A stretch of DNA of 43,012 bases from Bacteroidales bacterium (GTDB lineage: Bacteria; Bacteroidota; Bacteroidia; Bacteroidales; UBA4181). Shown one piece after another: positions 42,528 to 43,012 of this stretch. The translations under genes and the position numbers were made by a program. Under the pieces are notes generated by a model that worked only from the letters and a program-made list of their open reading frames with translations, was not told the DNA's origin and made no database searches. Position 1 is the first letter of the stretch. Each line of letters opens with the position of its first letter. The stretch lies in the NCBI GenBank assembly GCA_031259205.1, contig JAIRLS010000319.1, positions 1-43,012 of the forward strand, read 5' to 3'.

Positions 42528-43012
42528 TTAGTCCCATCCCGGGTTTTGCCACTTGACTCCTGTTGCGGCTTCCATTTTGGCGACTTCGTTTTGCTGGATG
42601 GGATACATCAGGTATTTGTCGCTGTTGGTACCGCGGTCGGCAAGTTTGAAGCGGGTGTAGACATAACTGCCGTCCCCCGCTTTGGCGATGCTCATTCCGG
42701 TGACGAAGGCGTCCGTTTCGTTGAGTATTTTCCACCGGCGGACGTCGAAGAAACGGTGTTCTTCAAAGGCCATTTCTACCCGCCGTTCATTGCGGTAGCG
42801 TTTTTCAAAATCCGCTTTGGACAGTCCGGGCGGCAGTGGAGGCATGGAAGCGCGCGCCCGGACAACGTTCACCGCTTCGCGCGCCGTCATGGAGCTACCG
42901 CCGCTAACGGCAGAGGCTACCGGCACATCGGCGCCGTAGGCCTGATAAGCCGCCTCTGCAAAGTTGAGGTACAGTTCTCCCAGCCGGAAGATTTTCATAA
43001 ATCCGTCGGCGT
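42528..43012 (-). CDS. SusD/RagB-family lipoprotein, 3' fragment (gene continues beyond the window edge)
   Basis: The reading frame stays open to the window end. Motifs ELYLNFAEAAY, EEHRFFDVRRWK, and the C-terminal QNPGWD. Confidence 0.9.
   Translation of the reverse strand, partial: ADGFMKIFRLGELYLNFAEAAYQAYGADVPVASAVSGGSSMTAREAVNVVRARASMPPLPPGLSKADFEKRYRNERRVEMAFEEHRFFDVRRWKILNETDAFVTGMSIAKAGDGSYVYTRFKLADRGTNSDKYLMYPIQQNEVAKMEAATGVKWQNPGWD

Overview
This 43-kb window looks like Bacteroidota (Bacteroidales-like) chromosome. The evidence is SusC/SusD pairs, a T9SS type-B sorting domain next to PorP/SprF, TAnnTTTG promoter boxes and many lipoprotein signals. It has three blocks. (1) 0.5-15.9 kb, + strand: a polysaccharide utilization locus (PUL) with a GH30 glycosidase, a BACON-metallophosphoesterase, two tandem SusC/SusD pairs and a surface lipoprotein. 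(2) 17.4-34.0 kb, all on the - strand: core and envelope genes. These are a helix-hairpin-helix/outer-membrane beta-barrel protein, thrS, an ECF sigma/anti-sigma/DUF4252/OMP module, DUF3078, PorP/SprF with a SprB-repeat T9SS adhesin, a C69 dipeptidase, a 3-hydroxyacyl-CoA dehydrogenase and pta. Two inverted copies of an Rpn/PD-(D/E)XK 'putative transposase' unit (about 1.3-1.45 kb, roughly 90% identical by eye) bracket this block. (3) 35.4-43.0 kb, - strand: the distal part of a second PUL, with a SusD 3' end, a Big_2 lipoprotein, an HU-like protein, a DUF1735/F5-8 lipoprotein, a CotH-family lipoprotein and a Big_2 + TIM-barrel-like protein. I saw no rRNA, tRNA or CRISPR array. I did not find a complete, clear-cut new system such as a defence island. 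The best follow-up candidates are: the Rpn-bounded 16.6-kb inverted-repeat segment; the uncharacterised HhH/beta-barrel protein downstream of thrS; the CotH/HU-containing PUL; and several structured non-coding repeats. Those repeats are a 22-nt-period array of four hairpins, an 8-nt-period GAARG array flanked by 26-bp hairpin direct repeats, a 190-bp three-hairpin insertion, and a dispersed GAATAATGAATAA motif that supplies stop codons to unrelated genes. All coordinates of non-coding elements were counted by hand. All function calls rest on motif recognition, not database searches.
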